From a bacterium (GTDB lineage: Bacteria; UBA8248), in the NCBI GenBank assembly GCA_965204535.1, contig OZ241996.1, positions 736,001 to 800,000 on the forward strand: 64,000 nucleotides of DNA. The letters run 5' to 3'. The notes beneath the pieces are model-generated. The model was not told the DNA's origin. It made no database searches and was given only the letters and a program-made list of their open reading frames with translations. How positions within the stretch are numbered: the stretch's first letter is position 1; each line of letters starts with the position of its first letter. Below are positions 50,894-61,840 of this stretch, piece after piece. The translations under genes and the position numbers were made by a program.

Positions 50894-51273
50894 CGGACTA
50901 TCCGACCCTCGTTGAAGTTCTTGCAATCCACCAAGACCAGATTGAGCGATACGGCGGGGCCGAAGGCGTGCGTGATGCGGGTCTGCTCGAAGCCGCACTG
51001 TTTCGGCCACAGACGGGCTACTACGCCGATCTGATTGAGGAGGCTGCCGCGCTCTGGGAGAGTATGGAGAGCAATCACCCGTTCGTCGACGGAAACAAGC
51101 GCACGGCTTTCGCCGTCACCTATACGTTTCTCGCGATCAACGGGGTGTGGATTACGGCGGACGCCGAGAATACCTATAACTTCATCATCGGCCTGCATGA
51201 AACGGATTCGTTCATCTTCGAGCGATTGAGAGATTGGCTCCGCGAGAATGTCCGTCTCGATGCTCCGGAATGA
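50890..51273 (+). CDS. Fic/Doc (death-on-curing) toxin
   Basis: HPFVDGNKRT motif. Confidence 0.92.
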   Translation: MTDYPTLVEVLAIHQDQIERYGGAEGVRDAGLLEAALFRPQTGYYADLIEEAAALWESMESNHPFVDGNKRTAFAVTYTFLAINGVWITADAENTYNFIIGLHETDSFIFERLRDWLRENVRLDAPE

Positions 51274-51385
51274 TTGCGACCACTCAGGCGGGCCGAGCTT
51301 CTTCGCGGATATGCGGGATTTCACTTCTCTTTGCTTCGGTGAGAAATACCGGGGGTATCACGCCCTGCGCGACCCAAGGAAGAGG
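51250..51385 (+). pseudogene. Degenerate copy of the def 3' end
   Basis: DCDHSGGPSFFADMRDFTSLCFGEKYRGYHA vs def EYDHLDGLMFIDRMRDFTTLCFGEEYRRYHA. Confidence 0.85.
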
Positions 51386-51626
51386 CCGAGTAGAGCACCC
51401 GGTCCACGCTCGGGCTCACACGATGTCTAGGCACAGGGCTTGTCCAAACCCGGACTTCACGCCATCACATCAAGGGAAAGGTCCGTACACAATACTAGGG
51501 TGCAAGAGCAGCATGAAGGGGGCGACGCTAATATGGCTATCACAGGAACGGCTCGTCCATAAGATCGCCGTCGCCCACGGGCGCGGATTCAAGACTTGCG
51601 ATCAACTGGTTTATCTTCACGACTTG

Positions 51627-52421
51627 CTACTCGTAAAACATTTTTCTAATGAGGGCAGGTACTCGAACCGAATCAGAGTCATTGCATTTCAAACACTTTT
51701 CCCATGAATTCAAATAGTCTTCAAAAGTTTTGTCGTTTTCAGCATTCCAATAATTGATAAATCCGCAGTCCGCCCAAAGAGAAGGATCACTCCGAAAATG
51801 ATCTAGGAGGGCAAGGGCTACAACTGCATTGCGGCAGCGAAGATAAGGATTGTTTTGCATATCCTCAAGATTTAATGATAACCATCCTGGTAAGTTTTTG
51901 CATTCTGGTGTCAGGTGTTTGTCTGCGAAATCCTCACAGTATTTTGCGTGGCTAGGTGCAAATTCGGCAGCTCCACTGACATTCACAGGCGGGTTGGTTT
52001 TCCAAGTCTCCGATAATCTAGACAAAACGAACAATGACGCCATTTCGCAAAGACTTTCCTCAAACCAAGTATGGCGATGTCCTTTGTTGCGATTGTAGTT
52101 CGTCATTACATGGCACAGTTTGTGCGAGAACTGATAGACGTATTCGCACCAATTCCTATTTTGAGCATTAATACGGATTTGATAAGGACCGGAATCTGAA
52201 AGGACTCTGGATAAATCTTTCCACCAAGAGACTTCAATTCGTTCGTCAGGTAACTTACCGAAAGCACCTACCAGCGCGCAGAAGACAGACTCCAAGACAG
52301 AAGGAATTGCAACATCCAGATACGGTTTCTCGTTTCCTTTATGGGTTGGCCAACTATCCACATCCACTATTAGATATTGCGACATTTTTTGTGCCTCCAA
52401 TTTGTCTGCGTAGTTCGTCAC
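51627..52421 (-). CDS. Low-GC zincin-like protein with altered HExxH (HKLCH)
   Basis: YQFSHKLCH ... WFEESLCE. Confidence 0.6.
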   Translation of the reverse strand: MTNYADKLEAQKMSQYLIVDVDSWPTHKGNEKPYLDVAIPSVLESVFCALVGAFGKLPDERIEVSWWKDLSRVLSDSGPYQIRINAQNRNWCEYVYQFSHKLCHVMTNYNRNKGHRHTWFEESLCEMASLFVLSRLSETWKTNPPVNVSGAAEFAPSHAKYCEDFADKHLTPECKNLPGWLSLNLEDMQNNPYLRCRNAVVALALLDHFRSDPSLWADCGFINYWNAENDKTFEDYLNSWEKCLKCNDSDSVRVPALIRKMFYE

Positions 52422-52767
52422 TCACCCCTCCGAAGTGTGCCCTATCGGCAAGCGGCGGCGGTGCCATCAGCGGCCCATGCGCCGTTATCATCCGGGCGAG
52501 ATCATATCATGCCCGCCCGGCCATGTAATGAAATTGACGGCGCGCATAAAAAAATCCCTTTCCGCTTTCGGCATGGAGCATGAAGCCCTGTTTTGCCGAT
52601 TTCCCCCGATGAAGGGGAGCGGAAAAAAATTTTCTCCCCGCCGCGTAGTCGGTTCCCTTTCCCCGCCACCCATCGAGGCCGCGCCGGATTCATCAAGCCC
52701 GCCGCGCCGCAGGCATCACGCTCCGCAGCCCTAGGCGGGGTGAGGGGCTTAAGATAGGAGGCGTCAC

Positions 52768-52998
52768 ATGGCGACCCGCCGACGAGAGAAATTCACAACC
52801 CGGGTGGATTCGGAGATTCTGGCCGCCGTCCGCAGTCTTGCGCGCAGTGAGGGGCGGCAGCTTCAAACCCTGGTGGATGAAGCTCTGGCCGACCCGATCG
52901 AGAAGCGCAGGGGGAGCAGGCCGCGCCCCCACGTCATGGCGGTGTATCAGGCGAGCCACGAGAGATACGCACCGCTCTACAATAAACTCGCTGAATGA
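52768..52998 (+). CDS. Second antitoxin copy followed by a 5-codon toxin stub
   Basis: Near-identical to 50663-50893; ATGACGGACTATCCG at 52995-53009, then similarity to the toxin ends. Confidence 0.8.
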   Translation: MATRRREKFTTRVDSEILAAVRSLARSEGRQLQTLVDEALADPIEKRRGSRPRPHVMAVYQASHERYAPLYNKLAE

Positions 52999-53016
52999 CG
53001 GACTATCCGGTATTTA

Positions 53017-53087
53017 GACAGGATTCGTGATTTCACACCTTTGCTACGACGAGGAATACCGGGGGCATCGCGCCCTGCGGCCTTAGG
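53017..53087 (+). pseudogene. Third, more degenerate copy of the def 3' end
   Basis: GACAGGATTCGTGATTTCAC..GAGGAATACCG..GCGGCC aligns to ~49818-49890. Confidence 0.75.
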
Positions 53088-53286
53088 CGGGGTGAGTCGC
53101 GCGGACCTGCTTCCCGCGGTTCCGTTCCTTTAACGCAGACTCATCCGCCGCATCCCCTCCGGGCGCGAATTCCAGTTCCACGCAGCAGGCGTTGCAGATG
53201 GGGCCGGTCCCGTAGGTGCCCTCATCGAAGACGTGTCCCTGAAACCGGTGGCGGCAGTTCGGGCAAATCCAGATGTATTGGCTCAT
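53083..53286 (-). CDS. Small CxxC/CxxC protein
   Basis: CPNC...CNAC; GAGGAG RBS. Confidence 0.55.
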   Translation of the reverse strand: MSQYIWICPNCRHRFQGHVFDEGTYGTGPICNACCVELEFAPGGDAADESALKERNRGKQVRATHPA

Positions 53287-53470
53287 GCCGGTCTCCTCAG
53301 GCGGCTTTGCCTTCCGAGCGAGATGTACCGCCCTCTTATATTCTCAATATAGGTTGCAAGGCGAAGATTTCGCCACAGAAAAAGCGCTGATTGTTTTCGG
53401 CGGGATTTCAGGATGGGTGGAGGGGCGATACGGGCGGGTTTGCGTGGGTCACGAATAATGCAAGATATAG

Positions 53471-53557
53471 TGGTGCCCAAGGCCGGACTCGAACCGACAC
53501 GGGGTTGCCCCCACTAGCCCCTCAAGCTAGCGTGTCTACCAATTCCACCACTTGGGC
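53471..53557 (-). tRNA. tRNA-Leu(GAG)
   Basis: GCCCAAG acceptor stem, CTAGC-TTGAGGG-GCTAG anticodon arm, long variable arm, GTTCGA, CCA end. Confidence 0.97.
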
Positions 53558-53665
53558 ATGAAGCCTGAGAATTTTCATCCGGGGCAACGCTCAGGCCAAG
53601 AGGCTATATAGCGTCGCGCGCGCCGCGCTGTCAACGCCTCCCGTTCCAGACAATACGTGTTACCG

Positions 53666-55168
53666 CTACCTGTTGTTCGCCCTCGGGTTCATGGCGTCGC
53701 GCAGGCCCTCGCCGAAGAGGTTGAAGGCGAGCATGACGATGAGTATCGCCGAGCCCGGGATGAAGGTGAGCCACGGGGCGTCGAAGATGTATTTCTTGCC
53801 GTCGGAGAAGATGTTCCCCCAGCTCGCCTGGGGCGGCGGCACGCCGAATCCCAGAAAGCTCAGGCTCGCCTCGGTGAGAATCGCGCCCGCGATGCCGATG
53901 GTGGCCGAGACCAGCACGGGCGCCAGCGAATTGGGGATGAGGTAGCGGAAGATGATGAGCCTGTCCGAGCCGCCCGAGGCGCGCGCGGACTCCACGAAGG
54001 GCTGCTCCCTGAGCGAGAGGATCTCCGCGCGCACGAAACGCGCGGGCCCCACCCAGCCGAGCACGCCGATGACCACCATGATGATCCAGATGTTGGGCGT
54101 CACGAGGGCGAGGATGGTGAGCAGCACGAAAAACGAGGGGAACGAGAGCTGCACGTCCACGACCGTGGTGTAGATGACGTCCACCTTGGGCAGCCGGAAT
54201 CTTTGAAGAAGCGCGGTGACCTCGAATCGCTGGTAGAGATACACGAAAACCGCCGCCCCCGCGATGCTCGTCCAGGCGTGCGACGCATGGCCCGGGTAGG
54301 CGATATACAGGCCTGCGAGGAACAAGAGGAAATAGGTGAGGCCTCCGCCGAAAACGGCGCTCAGGGAGAAGCCGTCCGCCGCGCTTTCCTCCGCGTTCCG
54401 CCCCTGCGCCCCGCCGAAGGCGGCGAGTGTTACGAGGCAGGCCGCGCCCAGGAATCCCTCGCGCCAGTAGGGCGTGCGCACCAGGAGGCCTGAGTCGGAG
54501 GTGAAGCCGCTGAACCCGAACGGCTCGAACGGCCCGAACGCCAGTCCCAGCAGCGCGCCGAAGGCCATGCCTTCCAGGAACAGGGAGCGGCCGTCGCGGC
54601 GCACCGATAGCCCCAGACCTGCGCCCGCCATGGCGAACAGGAGCGCCAGAAAACCCAGCTCGTTCCAGACGGCGTAGCCCGTGAGGCCCGCGCCGATGAA
54701 GCCGAAAAGGGGCGCGCCGCTCGGCTTGATCTCTCCGTAGAACCCGGCGATCCCGCCTATCGCGACGCCCAGCAGGGTGGCGATGCCGATGGCCACGAAG
54801 CCCACCGACATCGAGATGAAGGTGCCCTCCAGCATCCGGGCGAACACGTCGCGGCCCAGATCGTCGGTGCCGAACACGTATATCCCCAGGCGCGGCAGGT
54901 TTTCTTTGGGCACCTGACTCTCGTTCGGGGCGGAGAAGGGGGCCATCAGCTTGTCCGGCAGGCGCACGACGTTCGCGTCGAACATCGGCTCGCTCATGAG
55001 GGCGGAATTGACGAAGCCAATCGCCGCCAGGACGAAGAAGACCACCAGCACGACGCCGCCCGCCATCGCCATGCGGTTTTTCTGCAGATGCCGCCAAACG
55101 CGCTGGCCGGGGGTGAGTTCTTCCCCCATCTCCTCGATCATCTCGCGCATATCGAGCGTCTCGTTCAT
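53666..55168 (-). CDS. Peptide ABC transporter permease (OppC/DppC-like) with extra TM insertion
   Basis: GTDDLGRD, FVESARASG, EASLSFLG, SWG motifs. Confidence 0.9.
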   Translation of the reverse strand: MNETLDMREMIEEMGEELTPGQRVWRHLQKNRMAMAGGVVLVVFFVLAAIGFVNSALMSEPMFDANVVRLPDKLMAPFSAPNESQVPKENLPRLGIYVFGTDDLGRDVFARMLEGTFISMSVGFVAIGIATLLGVAIGGIAGFYGEIKPSGAPLFGFIGAGLTGYAVWNELGFLALLFAMAGAGLGLSVRRDGRSLFLEGMAFGALLGLAFGPFEPFGFSGFTSDSGLLVRTPYWREGFLGAACLVTLAAFGGAQGRNAEESAADGFSLSAVFGGGLTYFLLFLAGLYIAYPGHASHAWTSIAGAAVFVYLYQRFEVTALLQRFRLPKVDVIYTTVVDVQLSFPSFFVLLTILALVTPNIWIIMVVIGVLGWVGPARFVRAEILSLREQPFVESARASGGSDRLIIFRYLIPNSLAPVLVSATIGIAGAILTEASLSFLGFGVPPPQASWGNIFSDGKKYIFDAPWLTFIPGSAILIVMLAFNLFGEGLRDAMNPRANNR

Positions 55169-56160
55169 AGGCGGATCCTCGGGTCGACGACGACGAGCAG
55201 GACGTCCGAGATGAAGGTGCCGATGACGACCAGGATGGCGGAGATGAAGTTGAGACTTAATATCACCGGGTAGTCCCGCGCCAGCACGGCCTCGAAGCCC
55301 AGCCGCCCCATGCCGGGCCACGCGAAGATGTTCTCGATGATGACCGAGCCGCCGATCAGCCCCGGCAGGATGAGGCCGAACATGGTGACGAAGGGAAGGG
55401 CCGCGTTTCTGAGCGCATGGACATAGTTCACGGTGTCCTCATCCAGGCCCTTCGAGTGGGCGGTGCGGATGAAGTCCGAATCCACCACCTCTATCATCTG
55501 GCCGCGCACGTAGCGCGAGAGCACGGCGATGCCCCCTATCGCGCCCACGAGGCTGGGCAGCACCAGGTGCCAGACGCGGTCGTTGATCCGGAACAGGGGA
55601 GAGACCTCGCCGCGTCCGAAAGTCTCGATGCCCAGCACGGAGACTTCCAGGCCCGGCACGCGGTAGTCGGTGAAGGGCAGCGTGAACCCCTGGACGACGG
55701 CGATGATGAGGATGTAGGCCAGAAAGAAGCTCGGCATCGATATCATGAGGTAGCTCATGAAGGTGGTGGAGCGGTCGAAAACGCTGTAGCGCCGCAATGC
55801 GCCCGCGATTCCCAGCGGAAACGAGAGGCACCAGGTGATGATGGTGCCCACGATGAACAGCGGCAGGCTGATGAGGAAGCGCCGCCATATCTTCCCGAAA
55901 ACCGGCTGGTTGTCCTTGAGACTCGTGAGTTCGCCGGTGAAGAATTTCTTGTAGAAGAGCCAGTATTGCACCGGAAGCGGCTTGTCGAGGTCGAAGGCGG
56001 CGCGGTAGCGCGCGAGGTCTTCCTGGGTGAAGCGCGGGTTCAGGGGGTCGATCTGGCTCGGCTCGCCGGGGGCGAGATGGATGATGAGAAAGCTCACGAC
56101 CGAGATGACGAAGAGCGTCACCAGCTTGAACAGCGACGTTCGGATGACGTAGGCGCCCAC
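55165..56160 (-). CDS. Peptide ABC transporter permease (OppB/DppB-like)
   Basis: LDKPLPVQY, TAHSKGL, HALRNA, FAWPGMG, VDPRI. Confidence 0.92.
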   Translation of the reverse strand: MGAYVIRTSLFKLVTLFVISVVSFLIIHLAPGEPSQIDPLNPRFTQEDLARYRAAFDLDKPLPVQYWLFYKKFFTGELTSLKDNQPVFGKIWRRFLISLPLFIVGTIITWCLSFPLGIAGALRRYSVFDRSTTFMSYLMISMPSFFLAYILIIAVVQGFTLPFTDYRVPGLEVSVLGIETFGRGEVSPLFRINDRVWHLVLPSLVGAIGGIAVLSRYVRGQMIEVVDSDFIRTAHSKGLDEDTVNYVHALRNAALPFVTMFGLILPGLIGGSVIIENIFAWPGMGRLGFEAVLARDYPVILSLNFISAILVVIGTFISDVLLVVVDPRIRL

Positions 56161-56161
56161 G

Positions 56162-58240
56162 TTAGTTCTCGAACCGGGGGATTTGGGGAAATTTCAGCCA
56201 CTCGTTGAAGTCGAACGAATAGTTGCCCGTGATGGTGGGGCGGATTTTTTCGGGCCGTAATTTGCCGCTCTTTAAGCGCCTGGCGAGGGCGATTTTCCGG
56301 TCCAGCAGCGCCGTCCACTTGCCGACGTAGAGGAACGTGTAGGGCTGATCCGCCGCGATGATGCGGTGGAGCTTATGCGCGTAGCGGACCTGTGTCGGGA
56401 GGTCGTATTCCTGGCGGATCTTGATGATGAGGTCATCCGCCTTGGGGTTCTTGTAGCCCACGAAATTGAGCTGGCCCTTGTTCGTCTGGCTCGAGTGCCA
56501 GATCTGGTAGAGGTCGGGGTCGAGACCCATGCTCCAGCCGAGGACGACCGCGTCGAAATTGAGCTGGTTGACGTGCTTTCGGATGAAGACGGCCCACTCG
56601 ACCTGGGAGAAGGTGATCTTGACGCCGATCTTCTTCCAGGCGTCCTGCACCACGGTGCCGACGGCGCGCCTGATCTCGTTGCCGTGGTTCGTCATGAGGT
56701 TAAAGGCGAGGGGCTTGCCGTCTTTCATCAGGATTCCGTCTTTTTTCCGGAACCCCGCCTCGTGCAGCAGCCGCACCGCGCCTTCGGGGTCGTAGGGCAC
56801 GGGCTTGATTTTTTTGTTGTAGTGCGGGCTTTGCTTCACGAAGGGACCCGTGATGTCCTCGGCCTCGCCGTTCAGCACGTAGCGGTGAATCTGAGCGGTG
56901 TTCACCGCCATGCCCAGCGCCCGGCGCACGCGCGCGTCCTGAAACGGCCAGCGCCGCTGGTTGTAGCCGACATAGGTGTAACCGAAGCCGAGGCCCGAGA
57001 ATACCTGGAACCTCGGGTCCTTCTTGAGGCGCTCGACCTGGTGCGCGCCCGCCCCGTAGCGGTCCACCGTGCCCGCGTAGAAGGTGATCTCCTGCGTGAG
57101 GGGGTCCGGCAGGATTCGGTAGACGTATTCGTGGTACTCGGGCGGCCCCTCCCAGTAGTGCTCGTTCCGCCCGAGGCGGATGAGTTCGTCCGAGCGCCAT
57201 TCCTTGAAGACGAAAGGCCCCGTGCCGACGGGTTTTCGGTTGAACGCGCTGTCTCGCAGGCTGAACGCCTTCGGAGCCTTGCCCTTTTTCTTCGCTTCTT
57301 CGGCGAGTTTTTTCTCGTTCAGCAAATGTTCGGGCAGCATCCCCATGCCCCAGGAGCCGAAAGCGGGGGAGTAGAGCCGCTTGTAGGTGATCTTGACGGT
57401 GTACCTGTCGGGCGTCTCCACGCGCTTGACGGGTTCGTAGTCCGGCACCCTCGGGGAGAGGTTCTTGCGATTCATGATGGATTCGTAGGTGAAGCGCACG
57501 TCGCCCGAGTCGAACTCGTGGCCGTCGTGGAAGCGCACGCCGCGCCTGAGCGTGAAGATGATGATCGGGTTGTGCTCGGTGAGCTTGACGCGCCGCTTGG
57601 CGAGTGGGAGCAGTTTATCGGGCATCTCGGTCTTGATGTAGGGAGCGGGGTCTTTGGCGAGGCCGCTCTTGCCCAGCAATTTTTCAAGATGCTTGAAGAG
57701 GTCCTGATCCACGCTCTTGAGCGTCACCTTCACCCGCGCGGGATAGGCGATGACGACGGCCTTTCGCCCAGGCGCTTTCCCGCCCTTGGGAGGCGGGGTG
57801 CGGATGGCGGTTTTCTCCTCGACGGGAGCGATGGTTTCGGCTTTTTCGACGTTTTTCAGCCATTCCGCGCCGCCTGCGGCGCGCGCCCGCTCGATGCGCG
57901 CCGCCAGGGCCTTCGCGCCGGGCCCCTCGGGATGGGGCACGAAGAACGCCTCTTCATAGATTTTCCACGAGGCGGCCAGACGGCCCCGGTAGGAGAGGTC
58001 GCGGTCTCTGTCGATGAGGCCCTCGAATATCTGATCGACGATGGCCCCGCTCGCCGTGTCGGCGTGAAGGATGGGGTTCAGGATTTGCGCGTCGCCGATG
58101 GAGCCGGTGATGAACTGGCGGAGGCGCTCGTCGCTGCCGCCTTTTGTCTGATCGGAGAACGTCGGCACCCAGAAGTAGGACTGGAACAACGCGGCCGCGA
58201 TGAGAAAGGGGAGCAGCAGCAGGATGCGCTTGATCAGCAT
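56162..58240 (-). CDS. Peptide ABC transporter substrate-binding protein (family 5)
   Basis: FTLRRGVRFHDG, PVGTGPF, VRRAL motifs. Confidence 0.9.
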   Translation of the reverse strand: MLIKRILLLLPFLIAAALFQSYFWVPTFSDQTKGGSDERLRQFITGSIGDAQILNPILHADTASGAIVDQIFEGLIDRDRDLSYRGRLAASWKIYEEAFFVPHPEGPGAKALAARIERARAAGGAEWLKNVEKAETIAPVEEKTAIRTPPPKGGKAPGRKAVVIAYPARVKVTLKSVDQDLFKHLEKLLGKSGLAKDPAPYIKTEMPDKLLPLAKRRVKLTEHNPIIIFTLRRGVRFHDGHEFDSGDVRFTYESIMNRKNLSPRVPDYEPVKRVETPDRYTVKITYKRLYSPAFGSWGMGMLPEHLLNEKKLAEEAKKKGKAPKAFSLRDSAFNRKPVGTGPFVFKEWRSDELIRLGRNEHYWEGPPEYHEYVYRILPDPLTQEITFYAGTVDRYGAGAHQVERLKKDPRFQVFSGLGFGYTYVGYNQRRWPFQDARVRRALGMAVNTAQIHRYVLNGEAEDITGPFVKQSPHYNKKIKPVPYDPEGAVRLLHEAGFRKKDGILMKDGKPLAFNLMTNHGNEIRRAVGTVVQDAWKKIGVKITFSQVEWAVFIRKHVNQLNFDAVVLGWSMGLDPDLYQIWHSSQTNKGQLNFVGYKNPKADDLIIKIRQEYDLPTQVRYAHKLHRIIAADQPYTFLYVGKWTALLDRKIALARRLKSGKLRPEKIRPTITGNYSFDFNEWLKFPQIPRFEN

Positions 58241-58282
58241 CGTCGGCCCTTAGAACGCTTGAATAGAGGAGTCGGCCTCGCT

Positions 58283-58591
58283 CTATTTCTTTTCCGGGGC
58301 GGCAGGTGTTGTCGGTGCTCCTTGTACCGGCGCGCTGGGCACTATCGATCCGCCCTGGTTGGCGTTGTGCGAGCCGATGTAGGTGAGCAGAAGCGAGGTC
58401 ACCATGAAGAGGACGGCGGCGCCGGTCGTGACTTTGCTCAGAAAGTTCACCGGCCCCCGCGTCCCGAACATCGTATCGCTCGATCCGCCGAAGGCGGCGC
58501 CCATGCCGCCGCCTTTGCCCGCCTGGAGAAGCACGGAGAGGATCAGGCAAATCGCAACGGCTACGTGCAAAACGGTCAAGACTATCGTCAT
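58283..58591 (-). CDS. secG: Preprotein translocase subunit SecG
   Basis: VLLQAGKGGGMGAAFGG; follows tpiA. Confidence 0.95.
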   Translation of the reverse strand: MTIVLTVLHVAVAICLILSVLLQAGKGGGMGAAFGGSSDTMFGTRGPVNFLSKVTTGAAVLFMVTSLLLTYIGSHNANQGGSIVPSAPVQGAPTTPAAPEKK

Positions 58592-58604
58592 TTTCTCACT
58601 CTTC

Positions 58605-59387
58605 TCATGTCTGTGCGGAACCCGGCCCCGCGGAGCGGATGATTTTCATAAAATCTGCGCCGTTCAGGCTCGCCCCGCCGATGAGGCCGCCGTCGATGTC
58701 GGGCCCGGCGAACAAATCCGCGGCGTTATCCGGTTTCACGCTGCCTCCGTATAAGATACGCGTTTCCTGCGCGCATTCCAAGCCAAAAATGTGCTCGAGC
58801 CGCTCGCGGATGAACGCGTGCGCCTCCTGGGCCTCTTGGGGCGTGGCCGTGAGGCCCGTGCCGATGGCCCAAACGGGTTCATACGCGACGATGAAACCCC
58901 CCGGAGGAGAGGAGGCGAACGCGCCCTGAATCGAGTGCTCTATCTGGTGGGCGAGGCGGGAGAGCGTCTTGCCGGCTTTTCTCGTCGTAAACGGTTCTCC
59001 GAGGCAGATGATGGGTGTGAGGCCGCCCGCGCTCGCCGCCTGCGCCTTGCGGGCGATGAGGCCGTCGCCTTCTCCCATCAATTCGCGCCTCTCGCTGTGT
59101 CCGAGGATGACGTGGGTGGCGCCTGCGTCCCTGAGCATCGAGACGCTCACCTCGCCGGTATATGCGCCGTCCGGATGATGGGAGCAGTTCTGCCCGGCGA
59201 CGCCGACGACGCTCCCCGAGACCGCCTCCGCAACCGCCGGAAGGGCGAGATAGGGCGGTCCCAGCAGGACGTCCACGCCTGTGAGCCCATCCTCCGCGAC
59301 GCCCCCGGCCACCTCGCGCGCGAGGGTTCTCGCCTCCTCAATCGTCTTGTTCATCTTCCAGTTGCCGGCCACGAGGGCGCGCCGCAT
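58605..59387 (-). CDS. tpiA: Triosephosphate isomerase
   Basis: AGNWKM, GHSERR, AYEPVWAIGTG. Confidence 0.98.
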   Translation of the reverse strand: MRRALVAGNWKMNKTIEEARTLAREVAGGVAEDGLTGVDVLLGPPYLALPAVAEAVSGSVVGVAGQNCSHHPDGAYTGEVSVSMLRDAGATHVILGHSERRELMGEGDGLIARKAQAASAGGLTPIICLGEPFTTRKAGKTLSRLAHQIEHSIQGAFASSPPGGFIVAYEPVWAIGTGLTATPQEAQEAHAFIRERLEHIFGLECAQETRILYGGSVKPDNAADLFAGPDIDGGLIGGASLNGADFMKIIRSAGPGSAQT

Positions 59388-59417
59388 CGTGAGTTCCTCT
59401 TTATCTTTTCGGGGTTT

Positions 59418-60641
59418 TCAGGTTTTGTCCGTCAGGCAGGCCAGGCCGGGGAGTTCTTTCCCCTCGAGCAGTTCCAGGAAGGCGCCGCCGCCCGTGCTGA
59501 TGTAGGAGATGCGGCGCGATTCCCCCGCCGCGTGAACGGCCACGTCGGTATCGCCGCCGCCCACGATGGTCAGCGCGTAGGAGTTCGCCACGTGGTTCAC
59601 CATCGCGTAGGTGCCGCGCGAGAAGGCGTCCACCTCGAACACGCCCATCGGCCCGTTCCAGATGATGGTTTTCGCGTCCTGGAGCACCTCGCCGAACAGA
59701 GTCGTGCTCGCCGGTCCGATGTCGAGCGCATACCATTCCTCGGGCACTTCCTGGGCCGGCACCACCTTGGTCTCCGCCGAGGCCTCGAACTTGTCCGCGA
59801 TCACGTAGTCGCTGGGGAGGTAGAACTTCACCTCCAGCTCCTGCGCCTTGTTCATGATGGATCGCGCCGTATCCACCATGTGCTCCTCGACGAGGCTGTT
59901 GCCCATCTCGTAGCCCAGCGCGCGGTGGAAGGTGCCCGCCATGCCGCCCCCGATGACGATCTTGTCCATCTTGGGGAGAATCCGCTCGACGATGCCGATT
60001 TTCGCGCTCGCCTTCGCGCCGCCCACGATCGCCACCACGGGGCGCATCGGGTTGTTCACCGCGCCGCTCAGGTAGCTGACCTCCTTGATCATCAGGAACC
60101 CGGCGACGGCGGGGTTCAGGAATTTCGTGATCGCCGACATCGAGGCGTGGTTTCTGTGGGCGTTGCCGAACGCGTCGCCGATGTAGATATCGGCCAGGGA
60201 GGCGAGTTCGCGGGCGAACTTGTCGTCGTTTTTCTCCTCGCCCGGATGAAACCGGAGGTTCTCCAGCAGGAGCACCTGGCCGGGCCGCATCTCCTCCGCC
60301 ATGCTCCGGGTATCCGCTCCCGTGGGGGCGGGGGCCAGGGGGCATTCCTTCTCCAGAAGCCGGGCCAGGCGCTTTGCGACGGGGCCAAGGGAGTTTCTGA
60401 GGTCGGGCTTTCCCTTGGGCCGGCCGATGTGGGAGCCGATGACGACCCGCGCGCCCTCGTCCAGCAGATAGTTGATGGTGGGCAGGGCCGCCCGGATGCG
60501 GGCGTCGTCCGTGATGTGTCCCTGATCGTCGAGCGGCACGTTGAAGTCGACGCGCAGGAAAACGCGCTTGCCCGCGACGTCGACGTCCTCGACGCCGAGT
60601 TTCGGGTCGCCGTTCTCAATCGTGCTCGTGATCGTCGCCAT
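59418..60641 (-). CDS. pgk: Phosphoglycerate kinase
   Basis: RVDFNVP, LENLRF, WNGPMG, STGGGA. Confidence 0.97.
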   Translation of the reverse strand: MATITSTIENGDPKLGVEDVDVAGKRVFLRVDFNVPLDDQGHITDDARIRAALPTINYLLDEGARVVIGSHIGRPKGKPDLRNSLGPVAKRLARLLEKECPLAPAPTGADTRSMAEEMRPGQVLLLENLRFHPGEEKNDDKFARELASLADIYIGDAFGNAHRNHASMSAITKFLNPAVAGFLMIKEVSYLSGAVNNPMRPVVAIVGGAKASAKIGIVERILPKMDKIVIGGGMAGTFHRALGYEMGNSLVEEHMVDTARSIMNKAQELEVKFYLPSDYVIADKFEASAETKVVPAQEVPEEWYALDIGPASTTLFGEVLQDAKTIIWNGPMGVFEVDAFSRGTYAMVNHVANSYALTIVGGGDTDVAVHAAGESRRISYISTGGGAFLELLEGKELPGLACLTDKT

Positions 60642-60655
60642 TGATTCTGGGCCTC

Positions 60656-61687
<1,032 letters not shown>

Positions 61688-61840
61688 TTAGGGGATATGA
61701 AAAACTGTTTCGTTATGGGCGCTCCACGACTCCTGCGCGGGCGGATTCTACCCGATACGATGGGCGGCTCCAAGTGCGGCGGAGGGTTTTTATCCCCCTT
61801 TGCGCCTTGAATCCGCTGCATCGAGGGAGAAAGTGCGAAT

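Noticed and set aside
53471-53557. tRNA-Leu as the att site of the left-hand island
   Set aside because: It is more than 23 kb from the integrases, core genes intervene, and no duplicate of the tRNA 3' end was seen
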